A DNA stretch of 64,000 nucleotides from Oculina patagonica (GCF_052425735.1 NC_135761.1:38502001-38566000), one strand, 5' to 3'. Shown: positions 13,243 to 25,883, counted from the first letter of the stretch. Program-made: numbers and translations. The notes: a model not told the origin generated them from the letters alone.

Positions 13243-13257
13243 AACTTTTCAATTGCA

Positions 13258-16200
13258 ATGCCTCCAAAAAAGACTAAATCGAAGAAAACACCCGACAAAC
13301 CAAGTACATCGAGTATGCAAGCGACTACATCGAATTTGGAACGACTGCGAGTTATCCGTGAAGGACACCGACGACAAGTATCGAAACTGGATGAAGAATT
13401 AACCAAAATATTGCAAGGCGAAGACAAGGATTACGAACGGCTCAGTGTTATGAGACAACTCTTGGATGGAAAACAAGAGTCGCTAATCGAAATGGACCAA
13501 GAAATATTATCTGTATGCGAGGTTACAACGATTGATAAAGAAATCGAAGAGTCAGAAGAAATTACTGCCTCAATTATTCGTCTGAAGTGCAAAATCGAGA
13601 ATGCGAGCAAGGTAAACATGCCAAGTCAGCAACACGTGGGATCACCTCAAACGACTGCACAGCCAGTGAATCAAAATGCAGTCCGTACGAGATTACCGAA
13701 GTTGTATCTTCCGAAGTTTAAAGGAGATGTAACCAAGTGGAATACCTTCTGGGATTCGTTTCAATCGGCGGTACATCGTAACGAAGGGATTTCCAACATC
13801 GACAAGTTCAACTACCTCAATTCTGTCCTTGAAGGGGCCGCCGCTCGAGCTATCCAGGGTCTTACCTTAACCGAAGCAAACTACGACGCAGCAATCAAAT
13901 TATTACAAGAACGTTTCGGGCGTCCCCAACAAATTATCAGCGCACATATGGATCAGCTTCTCAAGGTTTCGCCGTGTTCTAATGATCGCCCAGCCAGCCT
14001 TCGATACGTCTACGATCAAATTTGTGTTCATTCCCGCGGTTTGGCGTCGCTCGGCGTAACTTCGGATCAATACGGAAGCCTCTTAATTCCTGTCATTATG
14101 TCTAAGTTGCCACCTGAGATCCGATTGCAGATAGCCAGGAACTCTAAGGATTCTGTGTGGAAAATTGAGGAGTTGCTAAACGTGATAAAGGTTGAAGTCG
14201 AAGCGCGGGAAGCAAGCGAGATGACCATGGCGAAAACAAGCGAAGGCGGAAAATCTCAATCGCCCGGCCGTGATTCAAAATTTCGAAATCAAACGCCAAC
14301 TGCGAATTCACTCGTCTCTCAGCAAGGTGGGAGCTTCAAAATCAAATGTGCCTATTGTCGAAACGAGCATTATTCTGCATCATGCGGCGTGGTACGAGAT
14401 ACAGCTCAACGAAGAAGTATTTTGGAACGAGATAAACGATGCTTCAATTGTTTGCGTTTTGATCACGAAACGAAGGAGTGCACGAATCCAAAAAAATGTC
14501 GACACTGCCAACAGCGGCATCATCAGTCGATTTGTTCCACGCTTGACCAAGGAAAACCGAAAGAAGTTTCAGCCGAAGAAATGAAGACAACGACAACAGT
14601 GAGCAACAAGGCAAAGGGAACTGTGCTCTTGCAAACAGCTAAAGCCGTGGCTGTCAACGATTTCAATTCTAAAACCGCACGTGTCAGAATTCTTCTGGAC
14701 ACTGGAAGTCAACGCACCTACGTCACAAACCGATTGAAATCAAGGCTTAATCTGTCCCCTGTGAAGTCAGAAACATTGCATCTTAACACTTTTGGAGACG
14801 AAAGATACACAAAGCAACAATGTGATGTCGTCAGCTTGCGGTTACAAGGATCTCAAGGAGAAATCGAAATATCTGCGCTATGTTTCCCAAAGATTTGCTC
14901 GGCGGTGTCAGCTAAAGTTAACATTGACAATCACACACATCTACAAGGTCTCGAGCTTGCTGACATCAGCATCGCTGAAACAGGTCAACAGGACATAGAT
15001 GTGCTAATTGGATCCGATTATTACTTCGATATTGTGTCTGGGGATGTCATTCGTGGCAGCAGTGGTCCTGTAGCAGTTAGCAGCATGTTCGGATGGGTCT
15101 TGTCTGGTCCCACAAGTGCTGAAGAATCAAGAGAGAAGTTTACAACTACAAATCTCATCATAGAGAGACCAGAATTGATGACCATGAGCCCATGTGACAT
15201 TCATAGTGAGAACGATGAGTTATGTAACGCCTTGCAGAAATTCTGGGACACTGAATCGTTAGGAGTACGAGAGGAACCACCTGCCTCACAGTCAGATGGT
15301 AAAGAGTTCCTGGAGAGCATTCATTTCGATGAGATGGAAGGAAGATACGAAGTAGGTCTGCCGTGGAAAGAAAGTCTTGTTCCTGCTTCAAACGAGTACG
15401 AATTGTGTGTTACAAGATTGAGACAGCTGCACTCGCGACTGAAGAAAAACAAGGAACTGTTAAAAGATTATGACAATGTGATCAAGGATCAAATCAATTC
15501 AGGGATTATCGAAGCCGTACCAGAACTTGACGACGACCAAGCTCCAATGCATTTCTTACCTCATCATGGCGTAATTCGCTCAGACCGGGAAACTACGAAA
15601 TTGAGAGTTGTATTTGATGGTTCAGCCAAGTCCGACAAGTCAACTGCCTCCATTAACGAGTGTTTAGAGAAAGGACCAAACTTAGTGCCACACCTATTTG
15701 ATATTGTGGTTAAGTTTCGAGGTTATCCATTTGCTGTAGTAGCTGACATCGAAAAGGCCTTCCATCAGATTCAGATCAACCCAGAAGACAGAAAAATGCT
15801 GAGGTTTCTATGGTTCGATGATATCGAGAAAGATTGTCCGCAAATCAAGCAATTCCAGTTTCGAAGGCTTGTGTTTGGCTTAACTCCAAGTCCAGCTATC
15901 CTGGCAAGTACCATAAAGCACCATCTGTCTAAGTACGAAGAAAAAGAACCGGAAGTAACATCTTTGTTAAGTTCAAGCCTCTACGTTGATGATCTGGCAG
16001 GAGGAGTGTTTCGCGAAAATGAAACTGTGAACTTGTACGACAAAGCACAGGAAATCATGAAAGATGGAGGATTCTCACTGCGTAAGTGGAATTCTAACTG
16101 TCAGTCATTCCGCGAGAAAATCAAGCGGGACGAAGAAAGAAAAGGCCAGTCAGTTATGGAAGCCCCTGCCGAAGAAAGCGAAACTGCACAAAATCTCAAG

Positions 16201-18750
16201 AGAGAAGAGTCAGCCAGTGCCAAAGATGTTAAACCGGAAACCGAACAATTTGTGAAGATACTCGGGATTTATTGGGATGTGATCCGAGACGAATTTCATC
16301 ATGACCTCTCTGAGCTAATCGAGTATGCAGAAGCCCTTCCAGCTACCAAACGATCTGTACTGAAACTGTCAGCTAAAATCTTTGATCCTATTGGACTGTT
16401 AACTCCGTTTACAATCAGCATGAAGGTCCTCTTCCAATGTCTATGTGTCGAGAAAGTCAACTGGGATGAGAGCTTGGAAGGAGAGGCTTTGGCAAAGTGG
16501 AAAACGTTCATTAATGACCTAAATGCTCTGAAGAACATCCGAGTTCCCCGATGTTATGCCAATTATTCACCGACGCAGTCAACCGTATGCTCATATCAGA
16601 TCCATGGATTTTCAGATGCGTCGGAAAGAGCCTATGCAGCAGTCGTGTACCTGAGAACCGAATTCAGCAATGGTGAAACACAAGTCAACATCATGACATC
16701 CAAGACGAGAGTAGCCCCAATCAAACGTCAGTCAATTCCCAGGTTGGAACTGCTAGGAGCTTCATTGCTAGCCCAGCTAGTTCATTCAACGCAGCAAACG
16801 ATACAATCCGTTCTCCCCATTGAAGGAACATTTCTATGGACTGATTCATTCACCACGCTGTGTTGGATCAAAAATGCTAAAGCATGGAAACCTTACGTAC
16901 AACACCGGGTCAGCAAAATACGAGAACTATCTAACGAAGCCAACTGGAACTTCTGTCCCGGAGAGTTGAACCCGGCTGATCTCCCATCACGAGGATGTGG
17001 AGGAGAGCAATTAGCACAAAACCAGTCATGGTGGAATGGGCCCAAGTTTCTGAGGTTATCAAGAGATCATTGGCCCAAGTCGCCTCAAACAAGTGCATTG
17101 TCTAAGAACAAAGATGCCCTTCAAGAAGTCGTAAAGAACCCCGTAAGTGTCACGCATTCTCTGGTCACGACAGAGTCGAAAGACCATTCAGTCAATCTCA
17201 GTCAAGTTATTGACATTGAACGATACAGCAGTGTAACACGATTATTACGCGTGACAGCCTACGTATTACGGTTCATACGTAATGCTAAGAAGAGTGTATC
17301 AAACCGTGAAACTCCCAAATCACCGGAACAGTCATCGAGAAAGGAACTTAATGCTCAAGAGTTAAATCAAGCTGAAATGCTGTGGATCAAGACTGTACAG
17401 ACAGCCTCATTTGCCAAAGAACTCGAATTTCTGCAAAGCAAAAGAGGAACATTCCCACCTGTCTACGTCACGCAATTTAACTTGTTCCTTAACGACCAAC
17501 AAATCATCAGATGTAAGGGAAGAGTAAGCAATGCACCGCTCTCTGAAGAAAGCAAGAATCCAATCTTACTTCCATCTAAGCACCCACTTACTAATCTCAT
17601 CATCCAGGATGTGCATTCCAAGATTAAACACAGTGGCATCAGGGATACCTTAACCACTATTCGAGAGAGATTCTGGGTACCAAGAGGTCGAGAAGCTGTG
17701 AAGAGAATTCTACGAAAGTGTGTCACCTGTAGAAGGGTAGAAGGGGCTCCATATAGACCACCACCGACTCCAGATTTACCAATGGAACGAGTGTCTCTGG
17801 ACCCGCCGTTTGCCCATACAGGATTAGACTTCATAGGACCGCTGTACATACACAATGGAAAGTCTTCAAAGGAAAAGGGCTCCGACAAAGTGTACATTTG
17901 CTTATTCACTTGTGCATCCACAAGAGCGATTCATTTGGAACTGACACCTTCTTTGAGTGTCGAATCATTTCTCTTAGCCTTTCGGAGGTTCGTAAATCGC
18001 CAGGGATTACCAGTCACCCTCCTGTCGGACAACGCCAAGACCTTCAGATCCGCATCCAAAGATATAAGGAAGATCATACAATCAGACGAGGTTATGCGAT
18101 ACTTAACTGACAATCGCATCACATGGAACTTTATCATTGAGCGAGCCCCTTGGTGGGGGGGTTTCTGGGAACGCATGGTTAAAGTTGTGAAGCAACCCTT
18201 AAAGAAAACAGTGGGACGCACTACATTGAACTACGATGAGTTACAAACCATAATGGTGGAGATCCAGGCAATCGTAAATGCTCGACCGTTAACATATGTC
18301 TATGATGATGAAGAGTCCATTTCAACTCCACTTACGCCCTCCCATCTAATTACTGGCAGACGAATTACCTATGAACCCAATAACCAGCATTTCCAAGTTG
18401 TTAGTGTCAACCAAACCTTGACAAAGCGAGCTAAACATCACCAACGACTGCTACAGCAGTTTACCAAAAGGTGGCAACACGAGTATCTTTTGAGTCTACG
18501 AGAACGTGCTAATGAGAGATGCAAGAAACAAAACAAGGAGAGCCCAATCTCAGTAGGTGACATAGTAATCGTAAAGTCTGATCTAAAGAAAAGAACATTT
18601 TGGAAACTGGGAAAGATTCAAGAACTGCTACCAGGCAGAGATGGGCAGATTCGATCAGCCAAAGTCAAAGTTGCTGGCAAGGGAGAGCGAAAGCCACAAG
18701 TATTACGTAGAGTGATACAGGACCTAATTCCTGTTGAAGTTTCTGAGTGA
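13258..18750 (+). CDS. BEL/Pao Gag-Pol polyprotein (DUF1759 gag, triple CCHC, aspartic protease, RT, Pao RNase H, integrase)
   Basis: LPKLYLPKFKGD..W..FWD; CAYC..H..C / CFNC...H...C / CRHC..HH..C; LLDTGSQ; YVDD; FSDASERAYA; H..H...CVTC; GLDFIGP / SDNAKTF / GGFWERM. First ATG at 13258 (MPPKK). Confidence 0.97.
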   Translation: MPPKKTKSKKTPDKPSTSSMQATTSNLERLRVIREGHRRQVSKLDEELTKILQGEDKDYERLSVMRQLLDGKQESLIEMDQEILSVCEVTTIDKEIEESEEITASIIRLKCKIENASKVNMPSQQHVGSPQTTAQPVNQNAVRTRLPKLYLPKFKGDVTKWNTFWDSFQSAVHRNEGISNIDKFNYLNSVLEGAAARAIQGLTLTEANYDAAIKLLQERFGRPQQIISAHMDQLLKVSPCSNDRPASLRYVYDQICVHSRGLASLGVTSDQYGSLLIPVIMSKLPPEIRLQIARNSKDSVWKIEELLNVIKVEVEAREASEMTMAKTSEGGKSQSPGRDSKFRNQTPTANSLVSQQGGSFKIKCAYCRNEHYSASCGVVRDTAQRRSILERDKRCFNCLRFDHETKECTNPKKCRHCQQRHHQSICSTLDQGKPKEVSAEEMKTTTTVSNKAKGTVLLQTAKAVAVNDFNSKTARVRILLDTGSQRTYVTNRLKSRLNLSPVKSETLHLNTFGDERYTKQQCDVVSLRLQGSQGEIEISALCFPKICSAVSAKVNIDNHTHLQGLELADISIAETGQQDIDVLIGSDYYFDIVSGDVIRGSSGPVAVSSMFGWVLSGPTSAEESREKFTTTNLIIERPELMTMSPCDIHSENDELCNALQKFWDTESLGVREEPPASQSDGKEFLESIHFDEMEGRYEVGLPWKESLVPASNEYELCVTRLRQLHSRLKKNKELLKDYDNVIKDQINSGIIEAVPELDDDQAPMHFLPHHGVIRSDRETTKLRVVFDGSAKSDKSTASINECLEKGPNLVPHLFDIVVKFRGYPFAVVADIEKAFHQIQINPEDRKMLRFLWFDDIEKDCPQIKQFQFRRLVFGLTPSPAILASTIKHHLSKYEEKEPEVTSLLSSSLYVDDLAGGVFRENETVNLYDKAQEIMKDGGFSLRKWNSNCQSFREKIKRDEERKGQSVMEAPAEESETAQNLKREESASAKDVKPETEQFVKILGIYWDVIRDEFHHDLSELIEYAEALPATKRSVLKLSAKIFDPIGLLTPFTISMKVLFQCLCVEKVNWDESLEGEALAKWKTFINDLNALKNIRVPRCYANYSPTQSTVCSYQIHGFSDASERAYAAVVYLRTEFSNGETQVNIMTSKTRVAPIKRQSIPRLELLGASLLAQLVHSTQQTIQSVLPIEGTFLWTDSFTTLCWIKNAKAWKPYVQHRVSKIRELSNEANWNFCPGELNPADLPSRGCGGEQLAQNQSWWNGPKFLRLSRDHWPKSPQTSALSKNKDALQEVVKNPVSVTHSLVTTESKDHSVNLSQVIDIERYSSVTRLLRVTAYVLRFIRNAKKSVSNRETPKSPEQSSRKELNAQELNQAEMLWIKTVQTASFAKELEFLQSKRGTFPPVYVTQFNLFLNDQQIIRCKGRVSNAPLSEESKNPILLPSKHPLTNLIIQDVHSKIKHSGIRDTLTTIRERFWVPRGREAVKRILRKCVTCRRVEGAPYRPPPTPDLPMERVSLDPPFAHTGLDFIGPLYIHNGKSSKEKGSDKVYICLFTCASTRAIHLELTPSLSVESFLLAFRRFVNRQGLPVTLLSDNAKTFRSASKDIRKIIQSDEVMRYLTDNRITWNFIIERAPWWGGFWERMVKVVKQPLKKTVGRTTLNYDELQTIMVEIQAIVNARPLTYVYDDEESISTPLTPSHLITGRRITYEPNNQHFQVVSVNQTLTKRAKHHQRLLQQFTKRWQHEYLLSLRERANERCKKQNKESPISVGDIVIVKSDLKKRTFWKLGKIQELLPGRDGQIRSAKVKVAGKGERKPQVLRRVIQDLIPVEVSE

Positions 18751-18950
18751 ACATTGAGCTTAAAACATGCAATGGAATTGTTTCATTTCAAACATTTGTT
18801 TGCGAACATTGGAGTGAAAACATGCAATGAAATTGTGTCATTTCGAACAGTGAACGAAAAAGTTGTGACATTTATCGAACTGTGGACTTTTGAGATTTAG
18901 ACTGTTGAGTGAAACGTTTTATCACTAAGTCGTGATGCAACCCCGGGGAG

Positions 18951-19085
18951 TGTTGTAAACAGTTTCATATAATTTATGTAAATTTATTAATGTAGTCAAA
19001 TTAGGCGATCACGTGGTTTATATATTGCACCATCTTGTAATATCGATTCGACGACGAATAAACATGTCTTGTTGTGTTCACTAAA
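18951..19085 (+). repeat. 3' LTR (135 bp), preceded by a short polypurine tract (ggggag)
   Basis: Identical to the 5' LTR. Confidence 0.97.
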
Positions 19086-21319
19086 GAATGTTTTAAAAGA
19101 AATAGTTGCAAAAACGCTAACAGTATTGTTTTTTTTTTCACAAAGCTTTTTGTTTGTAAGATATGGCGTTTGACATATATTAACATTTTTTAGAACATGT
19201 AAGTTGTTTATGAAAGCGGTATTAAAAAATTACGCCAGGACTTTAATCATTTTTACATCTTATTGCAAACTTGTTATAATAATTGTTTTTAATGACACCA
19301 AATATTGAAAACAGATTTCTAAGCTCCAATATATACCCACTGAGTCGCTCAAAGGACAAATTTTTTCTGTGAACTTTCAAATTAATTTTCTCAAAATCTG
19401 ATAGGAACATGTCTTTGGTGTTATTCACAGATTAACATTAGTTAATTTAAGTCGATTTCCTAAGCATGGTGATAATAACGTGTGTATCAGGCTTTCTGGA
19501 AGGTGTTCCAGGTTTTCAAGTAGGTGTTTCGGGGTGTTCTGTTTTTTTTTTTTATACTGTTCCGGGTGTTCCAGCTGTCAAAAGTATCACGTTATCTTTC
19601 GTTGAAGCGATTTTTAGTGCAGAATGCACTATTGTGATGGTTGTTTGGGGTTGTCGTCTACTGAACCCCTAATGCGCTATAGCATAAACGTTTAATCACC
19701 AATTAATTAATTTATATCAATTAATTAATTATTTCTGTGAAGGAGGTAGGGGTGGGGGCACCTGACAACCCCCAGGTAAAACCTGGAGCATATCTACGTT
19801 ACTTTCATATGAAGATCTCAGGTATATATATTTTTTTAGGAAACCCTTTGCTCTCCTTGTGGTGCTATACTCTTTCTGGGACAACGTACTTTGCCCAACC
19901 GCATGCACAGTATACAATATAGTCTACATTTTTTTGGAACTCTCAAGAACACCGCTTGTATTGCGTGTTTGTGGTAGGATTCCTGCAGACTCTGTGGCAC
20001 CAAGTGAAAACCGCAAATTAATTAAATTAGATTTTGAGACTTTCGCAGCGCTTTCGTAATAAGGAAAACTTGCACAGGGATTTTTGGCTTGATACCCCTG
20101 ATAAACAGGAACAAATATCCTAGCTGTACTGCATTTTAAAAAACCTCTCTTAAGAGATGTTTTTTGATAAGATTTGTTCCTTACTTTTGAGAAACGTCTT
20201 TCGTGCAGTTTATGCAGTAAATTAACTAAATTAAAGTCAAATAATTGGCTTTATTATTGAAAGGAAGACAAATGCTATCAATGTTTGCCGTGAAACAAAA
20301 CAAAAATGAACAAAAGTATCACGCTACAGCATACTCAAAGAAAACAGAAGTACCTTGTTACAAATGAACAAAGGTGTTGTGTTACGTTTGCAAAGATTAG
20401 CCTAATAAAAACCTGGGAAGAAATACAGGTGTTTTAACGTCTAATTAAAAGTAAACTAAAGCAAAAAACACGAACATAAGACGTAATACTTTCAATTGTC
20501 GACTCCATTGCATTCTGCACTGTCCTTCGAGTCTCTGAGTTCTTTCACAATTTCATGGGCTCGACAGAAATGCAAGACTCGTTGTAAGGAAGGCTCGGCA
20601 GCAATTTTGGAGGCGATCTTTGTGGATTTGAACAAGGTTTGGGCGAATTTGAGTCGAAAGAATGCAACGATGTAGGACGATTTTGTGGTTCGTTTTGAAG
20701 GTAGGAGAAGAATTTTCGATTTTTCTTATCTTTACGTAGTTTTGATGCAGCTCGCATTAATTTTTACCTGTTCTAGTGTTGATAAACTTTCATTGTGCCA
20801 AGTGTCAGCATGGTAGACAAGCTAGTTTTTTGGTAGACTTTTCCAGAAGTCGAGGTACTAATTGTGTCCGAAACCGCCATTCCACAACATTCGAGAGTAA
20901 CATGATCGACTCATGCTGTTTTGACCAGTTGTCAATCATTTGCGGAGTGTAATGGTCTTCTGTAATTTTTGTTTTATTTCTACATGTTCTATAGGTTCCT
21001 ACCGGCATGGAGAAGCACCTTGAAAGACTTCAGGCTCTTTGCCGAATTTGTGGACAGAAAATTATGGATGACAAGCGAAAAGTAATAGCATTGGGGAGGG
21101 GGTGAATAGAACAAACTTTGTAAATTTGTATTTTTATATAGTTTTAATGTGTAAGTAGTTAACGGATATAATAATATTGTTATTTCTATTTTACTTATTT
21201 TATTTTTATTTTTTAATATATATTTCACTTGTTTCTCGAAGAAACTAGCTTCTCTTAGCAATATTAAATTCGAGGATAAATAAAGTTTTATTTTTTTTAT
21301 GTATGTTATGTTATCAAGC

Positions 21320-21570
21320 TAGCTACTGAAGTGAGTAAAATTTGGCAAGTGTCTGTTTTGGTTGATTCGCCTAATGTGCATCCAAATTTTGTTTGTGGGA
21401 AATGCCGTCTTATTTGTCGAAAGAGTGACTACCTTGAAAGGAAAATGAAAACTTCTACTGTTGCTACGACATGGTATCCCCACAGTGATAGTTGTACAGT
21501 TTGTCTAAAACCACAGAAAGCTGCAGGCAGGCCATCAAAACCCCAAAAAGCTAGGATGAGTATTTTTTTT
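21320..21570 (+). pseudogene. RAG1 N-terminal-like (Chapaev/RAG-like) Zn-binding domain fragment
   Basis: WQVSVLVDSPNVHPNFVCGKC...TWYPHSDSCTVC matches the pattern D..xHP..FC..C ... W.PH...C..C of the RAG1 non-core N-terminus. Confidence 0.65.
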
Positions 21571-23319
21571 TACAAATTGAGAGAACACGAAAGTGGATTG
21601 CTTGGGTGAATGTCTACCAGTATCAGAGGGAATGGCTCAAGGGGTAGCAGATATTATACAAGCTCGTTTACCAGACATCCAGGGCCATGAAAATATGGAA
21701 GTCAAGGTTTGCCAATAGCACTGTACTGTAAACTAGTATAATAATTATTCTATCATAGGTATTTTTGCATAAATGAAAACATTCTCCCAAATAGTGGAGT
21801 AGATTCCTTCAAACTATTCGCATAGCTTGACAATACCAGGAATTAATATTACTTTGGAAGACATCTTCACAAAAACAAGTTCTGAGCAACAACAAAGTCT
21901 ACAAAAGTTTCAAGTGTAGCACTTGTCAAGTACAGAACATTACAGAACATTACAATTGTTGACGCAAATAACAATTGTTATGGCAACATGTACCTGTTTA
22001 TATATATTCATATATTTATGTCAAAAAGAAATACGCAGTTGATTTCTGAGAGCAATACAATGACATTTTAAGGCCTTGCATGCAACAAACACTGATTCAA
22101 GCTGTTCCCTGTTTCTGGTTGTGAATTCTGCCAAGAGACACCTCCAAGGTTTAAGACCTGAAGAATTAAAAACAGTGGATTTTGCATAGAGGAGTGAATT
22201 TGTTCTGTATACTTTTAAAGTGAATGTCGAATAAAAGTATGGAACTGCAACATCTGAATGATAAACTGATGAAAAAGAGTGTTACCCTTTTGAACCCAAG
22301 CAAAAAATTATTCTAAGCTTTCAGTTTAAACTTCTTTATTAACATTATAACTTGCCTTTTCTTTAAGTCGATAGTGAGGCAAGCTTTAATGCTTCAAATT
22401 GAACTATGATAACAATGAATTTGGTGCAACATTAATATTGTGAAGATATAAAAACTTTTTGAAATAAACAACAAAATAGAGAGATTTCTGATTCGCAAAA
22501 ACCATTAAACTCATCTTCACTATAAATTATATTTACATTATTACACAAAGAAATTTCCAGGCCTCACAAATTATACTAAAATTTGTGTTAAGCTCGTCAC
22601 AAATCACTCCATAAGCGACAGATCGAAGAAACTTAACGTTTTTATTTATGGATAACTAGTTTAAATGGCGCAGAAGAAAAGGGTGAAAATACAGAGTAAA
22701 AATGCTTACCAACTTTATTTCCAAAGAGAGTGTAGCTAGCAATCGTCAAATCGTTTGTGGCGATCTTCAAGGAAAATGTAATCTTTGATTGATGATATGA
22801 TATGAAATGCGAAGAGAACCTTCTCTTTTGTCATAAATTAAAAAGATTTGTGTATATTTCGAGATATACGAATATAGATCCTTCGAAGCAACACATTGGA
22901 AAGCCCTCGCGATTTTCCCACTAGCAGCTAAATGCAGGAATTGCACCAACATTTATTTATTCTACGCTAAAGAGCTACAAAGAAAGTGCTGTTTTGTAGG
23001 AATGTACTTACTTACATTACATACAACCAATAGAAGCAATAAAGTTCACAACGAATACACTTTTCTTTTCTTCTTATCTGTGAAAACGCCATGAAAATGT
23101 GTCCGGTCCAGGATGGTCTGGGTCGGTGCAATTCCTGTGAATACCGCTGTGCAGACTAAATGCAGGAATCGCACTCGACTCTGATTGGCCATTGAAGAAT
23201 TTTATTAATAAAATTAAAATTTAGCGAGAATTGCCGCGCTTTTTTAGTATTCGCTTGAATTGAAATTGAAAGCAACATCCAACAGGCCTATGGTCTAAAA
23301 GACATATAGCGCCATCCAA

Positions 23320-24780
23320 ATGACCAGCAAAGTGTCCTGGCATGGATCCAAGAATGGCAAAGCACTCCAGAAACAAACCCCATTCTTTTGTACAAACCAC
23401 AAGGGGAAGAAAACAATTAACAACCCTATTCATCAGGTTGTAGTACAAAGTCCTACCCAAAAAAGAATGCTGCAACAATTTGGTTCGAAGGGGGTCTGTG
23501 TCGACTCAATCCATGGTACAACAGGATATGACTTCAACCTAACAACCCTAATGATAATTGACGAGTTTGGATCAGGATTTCCAGTTGCATGGTGCTTGTC
23601 AAACCACAAGGACACAACATTCATGACAGTGTTTTTCAACATGATTAAATTAAATTGTGGTCAAATAATGGCCAATTGGTTTATGAGTAACATAGCCAAT
23701 CAGTATTACAATGCTTGGGTGGGGGTCATGAACCACCATCCCAAAAAGTTGCTATGCACCTGGCATGTGGAGGGAAAACATCAGAGAAAAGGTGAAAGAT
23801 GCCGAAGTAGGAGCTGAGGTGTACAAGATGCTTCGCACAGTGTTTGAGGAGACTAGTGAAGCTACCTTCAGCGATCTCCATAACAAGATGCTAAGCCATC
23901 TTCAAGATGATGAGAAAACCGCATCGTTTCACAAGTACTTTCTATCAGATTGGGTACCAAGGGCACAAGAATGGGCTTTCTGCTATAGATGTGCACTTGG
24001 TATAAATACAACCATGTACGTGGAAGCCTTCCATCGCATGTTTAAACACAATTATTTAAAGGGCAAGTTCAACAAGTGTGTGGACACCTGCCTCCTTAAC
24101 CTAATCAAATTTATCCGCGACAAAACTTATGAACGAACAATCAAACTAACTAAGGGAAAACTAACAACACAAATCAAAGATATTCAACGTCGCCATCTGG
24201 CTGCTATCAAATTAAATGCAGAAAATATCAAAACAAAGGAACAGGGGGAGTGGGAAGTTACATCTAAACACAAAAAACGGGTGTACAAAGTACACAAAGT
24301 CAATGAAATATGTCCAGAAAGCCATTGCAGTCTGAGGTGTCACTCCTGTGAAAATACATGTCCTTACGTTTTTTCCTGTACATGCATCGACAGCCTCTTG
24401 CATGGTACAGTCTGTAAGCATTTCACAAGGTTTCGATGTTAAATGCAAAAATTGACAAGAGAGACGTGGAACTGTCATTTCCATCACCACTGGACCACGA
24501 AGTTCTGCGAGGTAAATCAAATGAACTATCAATGTTGGTCGAAGAAATCAAGCAAACCACATCACATTGTGACATGACTACTTCAAAAGCAAAAGTACAG
24601 ACAAAACTGTTGCAGTTAATAACAGATGTTGAGCATTGTACCGACAAGAAAGCACTATGTGAATTAGACAAGGGATTAACTGCAAAACAGTTCCTTGTCA
24701 AGTCAATGCTGAAGCAGCCAGCCCCAGAAAGAATAGCTCTTAAACAAAATGTACCTGCCAACAAGAACTTGGACAGATAG
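23320..24780 (+). pseudogene. MULE/Mutator transposase with SWIM finger, frameshifted
   Basis: GVCVDSIHGTTGYDFNLTTLMIIDEFGSGFPVAW...LLCTWHV, then WAFCYR...NTTMYVEAFHR, then CTCIDSLLHGTVCKH. Frameshifts near 23770 and 24420. Confidence 0.9.
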
Positions 24781-25215
24781 GGGCGGTTTTTCTACTCGAC
24801 TAAGAAGAAGAGAAAGAGGCAGAAAAAACTTAAGTATTCCAAACCTACACAAGAGGAAAATAATCGGGTTTTGACACTTTAGATAAGAGAGGACAGAAGA
24901 AGAAGAATCACTAAGGAACCCAAAGAAGGCATTGCTATTCGCTTTCGTGATCACAAAGTACATTGGAAGTTTAGGGATACAGCATTTTTTCAGGTTAATA
25001 CCCATGTGTATGCTATTTGTAAGTCATGTGGAACAAAACTATTGTGTATTAACATATGATGGAAACAGATGGTCTGCATTGATACGTGTTTAAAGTAGAC
25101 GAGATTGTAGCTAGGCCTTAGACAGGCTTTAACAATTTTTTACTTCTTTCTGTATAACAGGAAGTATATGACTGGGCAGGGGCATGGAAGCAATGCCTCG
25201 TCACTTCACCTGCAA

Positions 25216-25510
25216 ACTTAGCCACTCAGGTAAGGTCAAGCTTCCAAGGCTTAGCAGTATCAGCACAGGATGAATCTAATGAACCAGTTAGCCCACATGT
25301 TAGAACTGGTAACCAGACAAGTGGGCAGGTCTTCAACTTCAATGTCGTGTTGCTGGATTCTGGGAACGATTACATTCCCGGGGGAAATTTAAGGCAGCAG
25401 CTTTGAGACTCTGGCCATATAGTAGACTTGCAGTTGACTGGGGGGACTCGGGAGACAGGAGTTCTGAGAGCCCTCAATGATGCCTTCCCTGTCCTTAGTG
25501 GAGACAACAC
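25216..25510. repeat. Repeat block whose second copy is split into 28332-28513 and 41271-41377 around the Crypton
   Basis: The tagccactcagg...aaggcagcagc half recurs at ~28332, and the ttgagactctggcc...ggagacaaca half recurs at ~41271. Confidence 0.8.
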
Positions 25511-25597
25511 CAAGTAAGTCATAGATTTGATATAAAATGGATCAAAAATTTCAGTGCAGGCAACAAGTGGTTCAGGGCTGTAGGTACTCTGTATGGG

Positions 25598-25883
25598 CTA
25601 GCCCAACATCAAGGTAGCTCTGGCAATTGTATCCAAATTGATCAAGGCGTCTTGAACTCGCCATCTTTGAACCCAGATGCCACGTCTTCTCAGTGCACCT
25701 TGCATGTAGCGTTCCCCACAACGAGGCATAGACACCAGTTCCTCTTGAACAACCTGCTGTAATTCGACTTCCTGGATGGGGGGAATAGGTGAGAAATGAA
25801 GGCGGTATGTCAAGGTCAGTTGCCTGTCTATTTATGGTGGATCTTGACACTTTAAGCACGGAAGCAATGCTGAATGGTAGCAA
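25598..25883 (-). pseudogene. IS3-like/integrase-core transposase N-terminal HTH fragment
   Basis: IASVLKVSRSTINR...ELQQVVQEELVSMPRCGERYMQGALRRRGIWVQRWRVQDALINLD. Confidence 0.6.

Larger units (their letters stand above)
13090..19085 (+). mobile_element. Full-length BEL/Pao LTR retrotransposon, apparently intact and recent
   Basis: Identical 135-bp LTRs, 5-bp TSD GAATG (13085-13089 and 19086-19090), PBS, polypurine tract and an uninterrupted gag-pol ORF. Confidence 0.98.

Noticed and set aside
13213-13257. ORF-track start of the 1845-aa protein
   Set aside because: This is a non-ATG start overlapping the LTR end and PBS. The ATG at 13258 is the plausible start.
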